Assembly (NCBI GenBank): GCA_965263355.1
Contig: CBDHHL010000025.1
Span: 32,001-96,000 of the forward strand
Direction of reading: 5' to 3'
DNA: 64,000 nt
DNA from: Leptolyngbyaceae cyanobacterium
GTDB taxonomy: Bacteria; Cyanobacteriota; Cyanobacteriia; Phormidesmidales; Phormidesmidaceae
The position numbers and the translations under genes were made by a program. The notes beneath the pieces are model-generated. The model was not told the origin of the DNA. It did no database searches and saw only the letters and a program-made list of their open reading frames with translations. Within the stretch, counting starts at the first letter, position 1. Every line of letters begins with the position of its first letter. Shown piece after piece: positions 51,360 to 60,582 of the stretch.

Positions 51360-53249
51360 ATGCGTAAGTTCGTTATTCTAATTAAATTTCAAGCACTTGC
51401 GATCACAGGATGCCTTGCTTTGTTTGCGATCGCAGGCCCCCCTGCCCTATCCCAGGAAGGCGAAGCAGACGCAGACGCAGCAGTTGAAACTACTGTTGTG
51501 GAAGAAGTTGACCTAGAGGAAGAACCAACTGAACCCGCTTATGTAGCCGTCAGTGCTGATAATCCCGAAATTGCCACCCTGCAGCTGGAGCTACTGCTTA
51601 ATCCCCTAACAACTGACGAGCTTACCGTAGAGGCAGATGCATGGCTGCTGTTACTGCGACAGCGAGTGCAGTCCATTAGTGAATTAGAACTTTCGATTGA
51701 ACAGGAAAATGACATTATCAAGGTCAGACAAGAGGCTCTGGAACAGCTGGAAAAGGCTAAGGCTTCTAATGCACCCAAGTCTGAACTGGATGCCATTGAA
51801 CGTGAATTAAACAAGTTGAAAGCCCAGGCAACGGCTGCCCAGGCCGATCCGCGCTTTAAAGAGATTTTTACTGAAGCTAAGACAAATTATGCGATTGTTA
51901 CCGGGGACGATTTAGTTGCTCAGGCACGTAGTCAACTATCCTCAATTGAAGCGGATGAAGCAAGAGATAAGGCTACTTTCTTAATCACAGACCTGGAAAC
52001 AGCTCTTGGTAGTTACGAATTAGCCGAGTCTAAGCTAAACGAGCCTTTCTTTAGCGATCTCAGGTATGAAAAAGCTAGTGAGCTAGTTGAAGATCGAAAA
52101 GACAGAGTGACCAGGGCCTATAAAACTTTAGAAAACTCCCCCTTATTTACTCCCAGCTTAGCTAATGAGAATGTCCAAGAACAAATACGTGATCAGCTAA
52201 TTGCTCAAGCCACCGTTCTCGAAACTAGTCGCTCAAATCTGGTTACCAGAGTCCAACTGGTGCTCGATGAACTTGAGAAAAAAGGCGGAGATATTGAAGC
52301 CTATGACCGCTACATCAAGGCAATTAGCGGTCTAGATTTCGATGTCACTGATGCCCAAGGCGTCAGAATCAGGTTTATGACCTGGTTACAATCAGAAGAT
52401 GGGGGGGTTAGGCTAGGTCTTGGCTTATTAAAATTTGGCGGTATCCTTCTCGCCGCCTTTATTGTTGCTCCACGGGTTGGAAAGATATCAGATAAGCTGT
52501 TGAGTAAGGTTCAGGGGATATCTACACTCTTCCGTGAGTTTGCTGTCACGATGATCAAACGCAGCGTACTGGTCCTTGGTGGTTTTTTGGCGCTAGCTGC
52601 TCTAGGGGTAAACCTAGGCCCAATTTTAGCCGTTGTTGGTGGTGCCAGTTTTGTTTTAGCCTTTGCATTGCAGAGCAATCTGGGTAACTTTGCCAGTGGT
52701 TTAATGCTGTTGATTAGTAAGCCCTTTGACGTCGGTGATGAAGTTAAAGTGGCGGGCTACTGGGCCTATGTGGACTCTATTTCTTTGGCCAATACCAAAC
52801 TGAAAGACTTCGCTGGCAATATTATTACCCTCCCCAACAACACCGTATGGGGCGGTGATATCATCAACCATACTCACTCTGATATTCGCAAAGTGGGTCT
52901 TGGCATAAATGTCAAATTTACCCAGGACGTAGATCAACTGCAAGATATTTGGATGGCCATTACAAGTGCTCATCCCAAGGTCTTAAAGGATCCAGCACCT
53001 GGTATTTTTCCCTACAGTTCAACCTATGATTACAAAATGTGGGTTGGCTTAAATGCCTGGTCAAAAACAACTGACTTTTGGGGAGTTTATGTTGATTTGC
53101 TTAAAGCCTTGCAACGTAAATTAGACGAGAACAATATTGATCTGGCTGCTCCTGTACAGGAAATTAAGGTCGATGGTTCATCTGACGAGGCTGCAATAGC
53201 TGAGCTACCTATCCTAACTGAGGCATCTTCGGAAGTCATCATGAGCTAG
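51360..53249 (+). CDS. MscS-family mechanosensitive channel with large periplasmic coiled-coil N-terminus
   Basis: Signal peptide, helical region, then GGASFVLAFALQSNLGNFASG, KPFDVGDEV, ITLPN MscS motifs. Confidence 0.9.
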   Translation: MRKFVILIKFQALAITGCLALFAIAGPPALSQEGEADADAAVETTVVEEVDLEEEPTEPAYVAVSADNPEIATLQLELLLNPLTTDELTVEADAWLLLLRQRVQSISELELSIEQENDIIKVRQEALEQLEKAKASNAPKSELDAIERELNKLKAQATAAQADPRFKEIFTEAKTNYAIVTGDDLVAQARSQLSSIEADEARDKATFLITDLETALGSYELAESKLNEPFFSDLRYEKASELVEDRKDRVTRAYKTLENSPLFTPSLANENVQEQIRDQLIAQATVLETSRSNLVTRVQLVLDELEKKGGDIEAYDRYIKAISGLDFDVTDAQGVRIRFMTWLQSEDGGVRLGLGLLKFGGILLAAFIVAPRVGKISDKLLSKVQGISTLFREFAVTMIKRSVLVLGGFLALAALGVNLGPILAVVGGASFVLAFALQSNLGNFASGLMLLISKPFDVGDEVKVAGYWAYVDSISLANTKLKDFAGNIITLPNNTVWGGDIINHTHSDIRKVGLGINVKFTQDVDQLQDIWMAITSAHPKVLKDPAPGIFPYSSTYDYKMWVGLNAWSKTTDFWGVYVDLLKALQRKLDENNIDLAAPVQEIKVDGSSDEAAIAELPILTEASSEVIMS

Positions 53250-53381
53250 CTACAATTTGTAGTTTGTAAGTCCATTGGTTTACTATAAGTAGAGAACACT
53301 TTAGCTTCGTTTTTGAAAACCTCAAGCTAGAGAAGTCTTTAGAGTAACCCTTCAGGTAGACCATCTATATGCGTTTGCCAA

Positions 53382-53430
53382 TCTGAAAGTTCCCTGTTGC
53401 TATTATGTTTGGTTCTAGGGAACTTTCAGA
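53382..53430. repeat. 14-bp perfect inverted repeat (hairpin) in the mscS-regulator spacer
   Basis: TCTGAAAGTTCCCT (53382-53395) / AGGGAACTTTCAGA (53417-53430). Confidence 0.7.
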
Positions 53431-53494
53431 AATGAGGATCTTCTTAAAGCGCCGACGATAATACCGACAGCTTATATATTTTCAATGGCCCATC

Positions 53495-54613
53495 ATGAAT
53501 GTATTGCCGTCCTGCGCTTACTATCTCCGGCGAGTTCTCAAGCGCACTAATGACTCCCAAAATATTCCTGATCTCCTTCAGACTGTAAAGAATCGCCAGT
53601 ATGATCTAGAGGGGAGATTACATTTTCTTTATCCTAGCGAATACAGCTATGACAAGGTTATACTACATTTGGAGCAACTAATTTACTCTCATCAACATGC
53701 TCAGACTCATCGCGATCAAATAGCACTGCAAGATATTACCAGTCAAATTCTTTGGTGGCTAGGGTATGGTATGACCATTTATCCTGCTAATGCCAAGGTG
53801 TTTGTTGTTGATGACACAATAGAGACGCTTAAACTAGTCACTACACTGCTTGCCAAGGCTGGTTATAACACTGACAGTGCCCTCAATGGACAGCTGGCTT
53901 TGGCAAAGATACCGTCTCTTAATCCAAATCTAATTCTGTTGGATGTTAATTTGCCAGATATAGATGGCTATCAGGTTTACCAAAAACTACAGGAATCCTC
54001 AAAAACTGCCAATATTCCAGTTATTTTTCTCAGCGGTTTAGACAACATAGATACTGTTCCAAGCCATAGTCAACGTCAGGTAGGCTACTTGTCTAAACCC
54101 TTTAAACCCCATAGTCTGCTTAAATATGTAAACCGTTATCTTGAGGTATGTTCACCCAGTGAAACATTGACTGATGAGACACTTACCAATGAATTGAGAA
54201 GTCGGCAACACTATGCTCAGAAATTGATCTACTTGTCTGACGATCACCTCTTTAAAGATACAGAATTCTATAGCAGCGCTATAGAACCTACTTATTTCTT
54301 TCGGACAACGCTAGATGGTCGCTACTTAAGAGTGAGCCAAGCGTTTGCCCAACTATGTGGTTATGATTCTGCTGAAGATATGATCTCCAATGTGACCAAT
54401 GTATGGGAGCAGATTTATGATGGTGCAACGCATCAAAAGCAATGGAGTATATGTCTTCAATATCCTAATGAGCGCAAGACATTATCGGCAAAAATCAAAA
54501 CAAAGCAAAATCAGAACTTGAACATTACAGAAAGAATTTCTCTCTTCCAAGACAGTTATAATCGGAATCTCTTTTATGAGGGCTACATTTATTTAGAACG
54601 AGAGAATAGCTAA
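53495..54613 (+). CDS. Response regulator (REC plus C-terminal PAS-like domain)
   Basis: VVDD, ILLDVNLPDIDG, IPVIFLS, YLSKPF; C-terminal DGRYLRVSQAFAQLCGYDS PAS-like segment. Confidence 0.85.
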   Translation: MNVLPSCAYYLRRVLKRTNDSQNIPDLLQTVKNRQYDLEGRLHFLYPSEYSYDKVILHLEQLIYSHQHAQTHRDQIALQDITSQILWWLGYGMTIYPANAKVFVVDDTIETLKLVTTLLAKAGYNTDSALNGQLALAKIPSLNPNLILLDVNLPDIDGYQVYQKLQESSKTANIPVIFLSGLDNIDTVPSHSQRQVGYLSKPFKPHSLLKYVNRYLEVCSPSETLTDETLTNELRSRQHYAQKLIYLSDDHLFKDTEFYSSAIEPTYFFRTTLDGRYLRVSQAFAQLCGYDSAEDMISNVTNVWEQIYDGATHQKQWSICLQYPNERKTLSAKIKTKQNQNLNITERISLFQDSYNRNLFYEGYIYLERENS

Positions 54614-54712
54614 GAAGATTAACTTCACGTGGTGTGATTCTTGAAATAGAAATGCACTTACCAATAGCAAAATCCTGTTCCCCCAATTTGATTCGGAAGC
54701 CTCGAATCTTCA

Positions 54713-57205
54713 CTACTTTGCATTAAGCATCACATACTCTGAAATCTTAGTAAATAATGTTTCAGCCTTAATCGGTTTCCAGAGCACATCATCACAACCA
54801 GCTGCTAAAAGGTCAGCATAGTTGTCCTGTAGTATACCTGCTGTGATTGCTAAAATTACCGGCTCTTCTTCATCCAACCAATTACTAAAACTCCCTTGAG
54901 GAGAATATTCAGTCCACTGTCCGCGCATACGGCGAGCCACCTCATAGCCATCAAAATCGGGTAAGTGAACATCTAGCAAGATTAAATGGGGTTGCCACTG
55001 TTTAAATACTTGCAATGCCGTGGTACCGCTAGCAGCCGTTTTGATTTTAAATTGAGCGTCTGTTAACCATTGGGCCAATAAGCGTTGATTATCCATTTCG
55101 TCATCAACAATTAGAATGCGATAATCTGTGGAGATATTAGGAATAGGACAGTGTTCTTCTGGTGATGATAAGTTTGGGTTAAGCGTAGATAGAGCGGTGG
55201 GCCGCAGTGGAATCTTAAAGAAGAACCGACTTCCTTGGCCATAAACGCTAGATACACCGATGGTGCCACCCATTAATTCAACACATTGGCGGCTCAGCGC
55301 TAACCCCAACCCTGTTCCTTTACCGATTTTTTTTCCTGATGTGGTTTGGACAAATGGCTTAAAGAGTAGCTCTATTTCATCTGAGGCCATGCCAGGACCT
55401 GTGTCTTCTACGACAAATTCTAAAAAGTCTTGGGTATCAGCATCAATTTGGCATTGGAGAGTGATATGACCGTTCTCTGTAAATTTGATCGCATTGCCGA
55501 CAAGATTAATAATGATCTGGCGTAGCTTTCCGCCATCAATCTCTATCCAGTGGGGAACAGTATCTGCCAATTTTATCTGTAGCTTTAAGTTTTTGGCAGT
55601 CACCTGAGCCTGAAACATTTGTTGGACATCGCTTAAAAGCTTAGGTAAATTAACTGATTCAATCGTTACTGTTGTTGAACCTGTCTCGATTTTGGAGAGT
55701 TCTAACACATTATTGATCAGGGCCAGGAGATGTTCTCCACAGCGGTTAATGGTCTCTACATAGTCTTTCTCATCAGCTAGCAAATTAGGAGAATTTTCCA
55801 GTAAATCTCCAAATCCTAAAATGGCTGTGAGGGGGGTGCGTAGCTCATGGCTAATATGGGCCAAAAACTTACTTTTGGCTTGATTTGCTAAATCAGCTTG
55901 TACCCGAGCTTGTTCCAGGGCTTGGTTTTGTTGTCGTAACTCTTGGGTGCGCGCCTGGACAGTTTGTTCTAGAATTTGTTTCTCCTGGCGGAGACGGTGC
56001 CAGACTAAGTAACCCTGGGCTACAACCCATGACCCACTGACTCCGACTAACGCTGGAATTAGCGGTAGCCAGTAGTTGCCCAAAAAGATTAAATACGTTG
56101 TGCCGACAAGTATGGTAACTAACCCAGGTAAGTGTAACCAGTATCGCCAGTTCAGCGATAACGCTCGATTACTAGCCACACCTAAGCTTGCCCAGAGTAA
56201 AACCCAGCCCCATTCTATTGACTCGGGTAATGGGTATAGAGGCGGTCGCCCTTCTAAAGCACTGGCAATGAGCTGAGCTGTGAGATTGGCATGGATTTCC
56301 ACTCCAGACCAGCTTTGAGCACTATTTAGCGAATAGGACGTATAGAAGCGATCGCCCCAATTGCTGTCTGCTTTTAGACCAATTAAGACAACCTTTTGCT
56401 CTAGTAAACCTGCGGGTATATTGTTGTCGAATACCGCCTGCATAGAGACTGTGGGCATTCCTTGGGCTGGTCGTAAATAGTTTGCCAGGATTTGGTACCC
56501 ACCAGCATCGACCTGGTAGTAAGCGCCAGCATTACTATGCAAGGGGATAAACTCAGTTAGACCAAGACGTATTCGTTCGCCGTCTAATGACTCAGGGACA
56601 ACCCCCGCTTGCTGTTTCAAGTACAGTAGGGCCAATGTTGTTCCCAGGGCAAACTTGGTTTGTTCGTTATGACGCAGTGATAGTAAATGACGTCGTACAT
56701 TACCATCACCATCTAGCACCAGGTCATTAAAGGCTACTTGGTCTAAGGCGGCTAGAGTGGGTGACGGTGCGATCGCAGTACTAGCACCCTCCCCCACTAC
56801 TTTTTCAATCCCAATTAGATTTGGCGTCGTGCGAAAAACCTGCTCCAGTTGGTCATGCCCTGGCTCAATCGGTAGGTCACGGTATAGATCTAACCCAATT
56901 GCCGCAGGCTGATGGGATTTGATTTGGGTCAATAGCTGCGCCAGTTTTTCATCCGTCAGGGGCCATGAGCCATTGACGGCAATATCATGGTCGTCAATGC
57001 TAACAATCACCACAGGTGGGGTGTATTGCTCTACTGGACGACTGCGAAACCACTGATCCAAGATGGCCCATTCTAAGATCTGTAATATCCCCAGACAATG
57101 AACGCCCCAGGTTAATGTAGTCACCCCCAAAGCAATGCCAATTAAGGCAAGTAGCGGAGATGAATTTTGCACGCCATCTCTATTGTTTGGAGATACGGAC
57201 CACAT
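54713..57205 (-). CDS. CHASE2-domain hybrid histidine kinase
   Basis: CHASE2 (WPL, IGLDLYRD, DGNVRR, GVEIHA), TM helices, SHELRTPL, NLVGNAIKFT, GTGLGL, C-terminal REC. Confidence 0.93.
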   Translation of the reverse strand: MWSVSPNNRDGVQNSSPLLALIGIALGVTTLTWGVHCLGILQILEWAILDQWFRSRPVEQYTPPVVIVSIDDHDIAVNGSWPLTDEKLAQLLTQIKSHQPAAIGLDLYRDLPIEPGHDQLEQVFRTTPNLIGIEKVVGEGASTAIAPSPTLAALDQVAFNDLVLDGDGNVRRHLLSLRHNEQTKFALGTTLALLYLKQQAGVVPESLDGERIRLGLTEFIPLHSNAGAYYQVDAGGYQILANYLRPAQGMPTVSMQAVFDNNIPAGLLEQKVVLIGLKADSNWGDRFYTSYSLNSAQSWSGVEIHANLTAQLIASALEGRPPLYPLPESIEWGWVLLWASLGVASNRALSLNWRYWLHLPGLVTILVGTTYLIFLGNYWLPLIPALVGVSGSWVVAQGYLVWHRLRQEKQILEQTVQARTQELRQQNQALEQARVQADLANQAKSKFLAHISHELRTPLTAILGFGDLLENSPNLLADEKDYVETINRCGEHLLALINNVLELSKIETGSTTVTIESVNLPKLLSDVQQMFQAQVTAKNLKLQIKLADTVPHWIEIDGGKLRQIIINLVGNAIKFTENGHITLQCQIDADTQDFLEFVVEDTGPGMASDEIELLFKPFVQTTSGKKIGKGTGLGLALSRQCVELMGGTIGVSSVYGQGSRFFFKIPLRPTALSTLNPNLSSPEEHCPIPNISTDYRILIVDDEMDNQRLLAQWLTDAQFKIKTAASGTTALQVFKQWQPHLILLDVHLPDFDGYEVARRMRGQWTEYSPQGSFSNWLDEEEPVILAITAGILQDNYADLLAAGCDDVLWKPIKAETLFTKISEYVMLNAK

Positions 57206-57902
57206 TTCCTACATCAACCCATGTCAGTTCCAGATCCGCCTGTTGAATCAGACGATCCCAGACCGCTTCAAACTCAGACGATAACGGATCAGTCTGAACT
57301 AATGGCAGCAGTGCTGTGAAGGCATCGTACCAATATCCAGTCCCCATGTATCGATTGACTTGGTCCAGGGGAGAAAGTGCCTGCAGCGCTTGTTGTTCCA
57401 TGGTGGATAAAGGCTGATGTTTGATCCACCCACCCACTACCCAGTCTTCGGTGCGACGGTTAGGGGTGCAAATAAATGCAGCTGTCCAGTAATAAGGCAC
57501 CCCGACTGACAGGGTAATGTACTCCGATAGATCAATCGTCGTAAAACTGTGGGCATCTGGACTGGGAATTTCAAACTGGGTGAGACCAGTTAGCTGTTGG
57601 TCAAACACACTAATCTCAATGGACTGTGCCTCATTAGTTGGTAGATAGAGCCATAGGTTAGGAGAGGCTTGACGCGTGAGGCCAATAAAGGGTTGAGGTG
57701 CTAGAGCAGTTGCCTTCAGTCCAGATGCCTCATCTAAGGTACAACTAGACCCGGTAGTCGGTCGGGAGCCTCCCCCCGCAGTAGAATGAGGTGCATTGCG
57801 TTCCGGCGGCGGTTCAAAGGGATTGGCCAGACTGGGTGATCTTTCACCCCCTAGACCGAGGAAACAGGCAAGGGCTACAGTAGCAAATTGCCGCATGCTC
57901 AT
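57180..57902 (-). CDS. DUF928 domain protein
   Basis: Signal peptide, TAGGGSR, PNLWLYLP, YYW, GYWYDA; adjacent to CHASE2. Confidence 0.85.
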   Translation of the reverse strand: MSMRQFATVALACFLGLGGERSPSLANPFEPPPERNAPHSTAGGGSRPTTGSSCTLDEASGLKATALAPQPFIGLTRQASPNLWLYLPTNEAQSIEISVFDQQLTGLTQFEIPSPDAHSFTTIDLSEYITLSVGVPYYWTAAFICTPNRRTEDWVVGGWIKHQPLSTMEQQALQALSPLDQVNRYMGTGYWYDAFTALLPLVQTDPLSSEFEAVWDRLIQQADLELTWVDVGNVVRISKQ

Positions 57903-58013
57903 AAACTAAGTTCGCTATATTGCAAACTCAGTATACTCAGCAAAATTGACTAGAAATTCAGCCATCTAGCCCATTGGAGTCAGGGTTAACTCTGAGGTTT
58001 GAAAGGACTATGG

Positions 58014-59525
58014 CTACAATTTAGACGCGTGGGTGGTGTATTCAGCAATGATGGTTAGTAGGGTTTTGATGGACCAGGTTTTTAATGCGATCGCACGGGC
58101 TCCACGGTGAATCGCCACCAATTGTTCATCGGGCTGCTGAGACTCAATTACCATCAAGATAGGGACCTGATCGCCATAGTTACTCACCAATGCATCCAGC
58201 AAACTTAAATCCACATGCCGGTCAGCCTGAGACAGCTCTAGCAAAATAGCGGTCGGTGTTTCCTCTAGTAAATGGTTACTGATATCCAAGGGTGAACAAA
58301 TCTCAATTTGAAAGGGACCGTCTTGTCCCTGTTGCTGCAGGTCTTGGGCCCAAGCATGATCGCGGGTAGCGACCAAAACCTGAGGCAGTTTCATGGAGGG
58401 CAGACCAACCTGACATGATACTTTTGGAGAATCGATCATGTGCTGTCGCAGCAGATATTGCAATTTACTCACCTGGTCTTGCAATAGGTCCACCTCAGTA
58501 TTGCTCTCTACACAGCTGGCAGACAGTAACTCCTCGATATGTTTTGCTTGCAATGACGCTGCCTGAAACCTAAAACTACCCAGGGTTCCTTTGAGTTGAT
58601 GTGCGATCGCAATGGCCGCTTTGTAGTCAGGTCGCTGGCAAACTGACTGAGTTTGCTGCAAGCCATCGTCAGGAACAGATTGACTACAGGCATTTACCAA
58701 TGCTTCCAACCGAGACAACCGATGCCAGCTCATCATCTGAACCTGCTCCCAGGTTTCGTCGATAATGTCCTGGTTGGAATCTTCCAGAGCGTTATCCTCT
58801 ATCTCCAGAAGAGAATTGGGGGCATCACCAGCATTGTGACTGAATTCTGCCAAAAATGCTTGGTTAAGACGATAACCTTGACCGTAGACGGTTTCAATTA
58901 CATTATTCGCTCCAACCGCCTCTAAATGCTTACGCAGCGATCGGATATGGGATTTTACCGTTGCTTTTCCAGGGCAGTCAGACAGGTCCCATAGCTGATC
59001 CAAAATGCTATTGGGGGCAAACACTTGAGTCGGATAGCGCAGCATCAACTCCAAAATCGCTAGCTCTTTAGGTCGCAGCGATACAGGCCTTTCCAGAAAA
59101 GTCACTATCTGCGTACAGGTGTCAAACTGCAGCGCACCATAGCTGATAACGGCAGCGGTCACCTCAGAATTACGACGCAGCAAGGCGCGTACCCGTGCCG
59201 TCAGTTCATCCAGTTCAAACGGTTTGACCAAATAGTCATCTGCCCCCGCGTCTAATCCAGACACCTTATCACGCGTATCATCCTGTCCCGTCAGCATCAG
59301 GACGGGAGTTTGATTACCTTGCTTTCGCAAGGCTTGACAGACTTCAATCCCACTGAGTTTAGGCAGCATTAAGTCCAGCAAAATTAAGCTATAGGGACTT
59401 GCCTGGAGCAAATCCACCGCACATTCACCATCTGTAGCAATTTCAACGACATAGTTGTCCCGTTTGAGTCTACGACTGATCAGCTGGGTGATCTCCGTAT
59501 CATCATCAACAAGCAAGATTTTCAT
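58014..59525 (-). CDS. OmpR-family response regulator REC-wHTH-Hpt-REC-like
   Basis: KILLVDD, LLDLMLP, DDYLVKPF, VKSHIRSLRKHL, IETVYGQGY, Hpt AHQLKGTLG, degenerate C-terminal receiver. Confidence 0.9.
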   Translation of the reverse strand: MKILLVDDDTEITQLISRRLKRDNYVVEIATDGECAVDLLQASPYSLILLDLMLPKLSGIEVCQALRKQGNQTPVLMLTGQDDTRDKVSGLDAGADDYLVKPFELDELTARVRALLRRNSEVTAAVISYGALQFDTCTQIVTFLERPVSLRPKELAILELMLRYPTQVFAPNSILDQLWDLSDCPGKATVKSHIRSLRKHLEAVGANNVIETVYGQGYRLNQAFLAEFSHNAGDAPNSLLEIEDNALEDSNQDIIDETWEQVQMMSWHRLSRLEALVNACSQSVPDDGLQQTQSVCQRPDYKAAIAIAHQLKGTLGSFRFQAASLQAKHIEELLSASCVESNTEVDLLQDQVSKLQYLLRQHMIDSPKVSCQVGLPSMKLPQVLVATRDHAWAQDLQQQGQDGPFQIEICSPLDISNHLLEETPTAILLELSQADRHVDLSLLDALVSNYGDQVPILMVIESQQPDEQLVAIHRGARAIALKTWSIKTLLTIIAEYTTHASKL

Positions 59526-60582
59526 ACGTTATGAACTCACTGATCGTTAATTGGGAACCGCTACTTTGTAGCAACCGACACCAAATCATTGCGTGCTACA
59601 GTCATCTTATCAGGGCAAATAATTTTTATTTAAAGACTTTGGTCTAAGTTTGACGAAATTCAGTAAATGTACTAGTGCCTTTCAGGCTTAAAAATCAAAA
59701 TATAAGACTGTAGAGAGTAAGGAGTGACGCCAAAATTAAGGCAATGCTCGCCTAAGGAAGGTAACCAACCTATTCTTGCTCCCACTTACTCACAACAAAT
59801 AACAACACTTTCTTACAGTTGGTTCTTGCAGCTTTTAAACGCTATGACTGTAATAGGTCTAAATGATCCGAGTCGGGATAATCCCAATGAGTCCATCCAA
59901 GCAACCATCGGCAAGGTAAATTTTTTATTTGATCATGACAACAATGACAATACTGCAATGACAATACTGCAGCATTGTTGAGAACACCTATAAGGGATGT
60001 GTTGGATATAGCTTATACGTATAAAAGCAACTTTTCTTCATAGCTAAATCCTTTATAAGCAAGGACTCTAGCCCATCCAAACTTCATGGTGCAAAAATTT
60101 TGTCGCGGAAATCGGTGTGATTTCTCTGACAGAGGTGAAAATTTTTGGCACGCCTGTCTAAAATCTGGACGATTTAAACGTTGTTGAGAAACGCGATCGC
60201 AACTTCTTCTTTTTAGATAGGTTGCGATCGCTTTTCCCTATCCTCACAAACACCTCATACTTATGAAAGTCATATAAATCAGTCTCATTACATATCAAGT
60301 TATCTTGTTTTCTTTACAAGAATCCTATCAATATATGAGATTTTGCAAAAAGAGCCTTTGTATCGCTAGTTACTATTGCGTAGAGATTCTAAGCTCTACT
60401 CAGGGACATACGACTAGATAATTAGCGATCTAGAATCTCATCTAACCATAGCCGCATCTTTAGCCGCTCTACCTTGTCGAGAATAGTCATTCAGTCGAGT
60501 CAAGCTAATGGATTTGGGCAAGTTTGCCATGCGCTATCAGGTTGTTGCTTGAGTCATTTAACAGTTATTCACTTAACACTTC

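Noticed and set aside
59724..59981. 85-aa ORF in the long intergenic region
   Set aside because: No motif or clear translation signal; left uncalled.
60193..60231. 11-bp inverted repeat
   Set aside because: Mostly explained by two nearby palindromic HIP1 sites.
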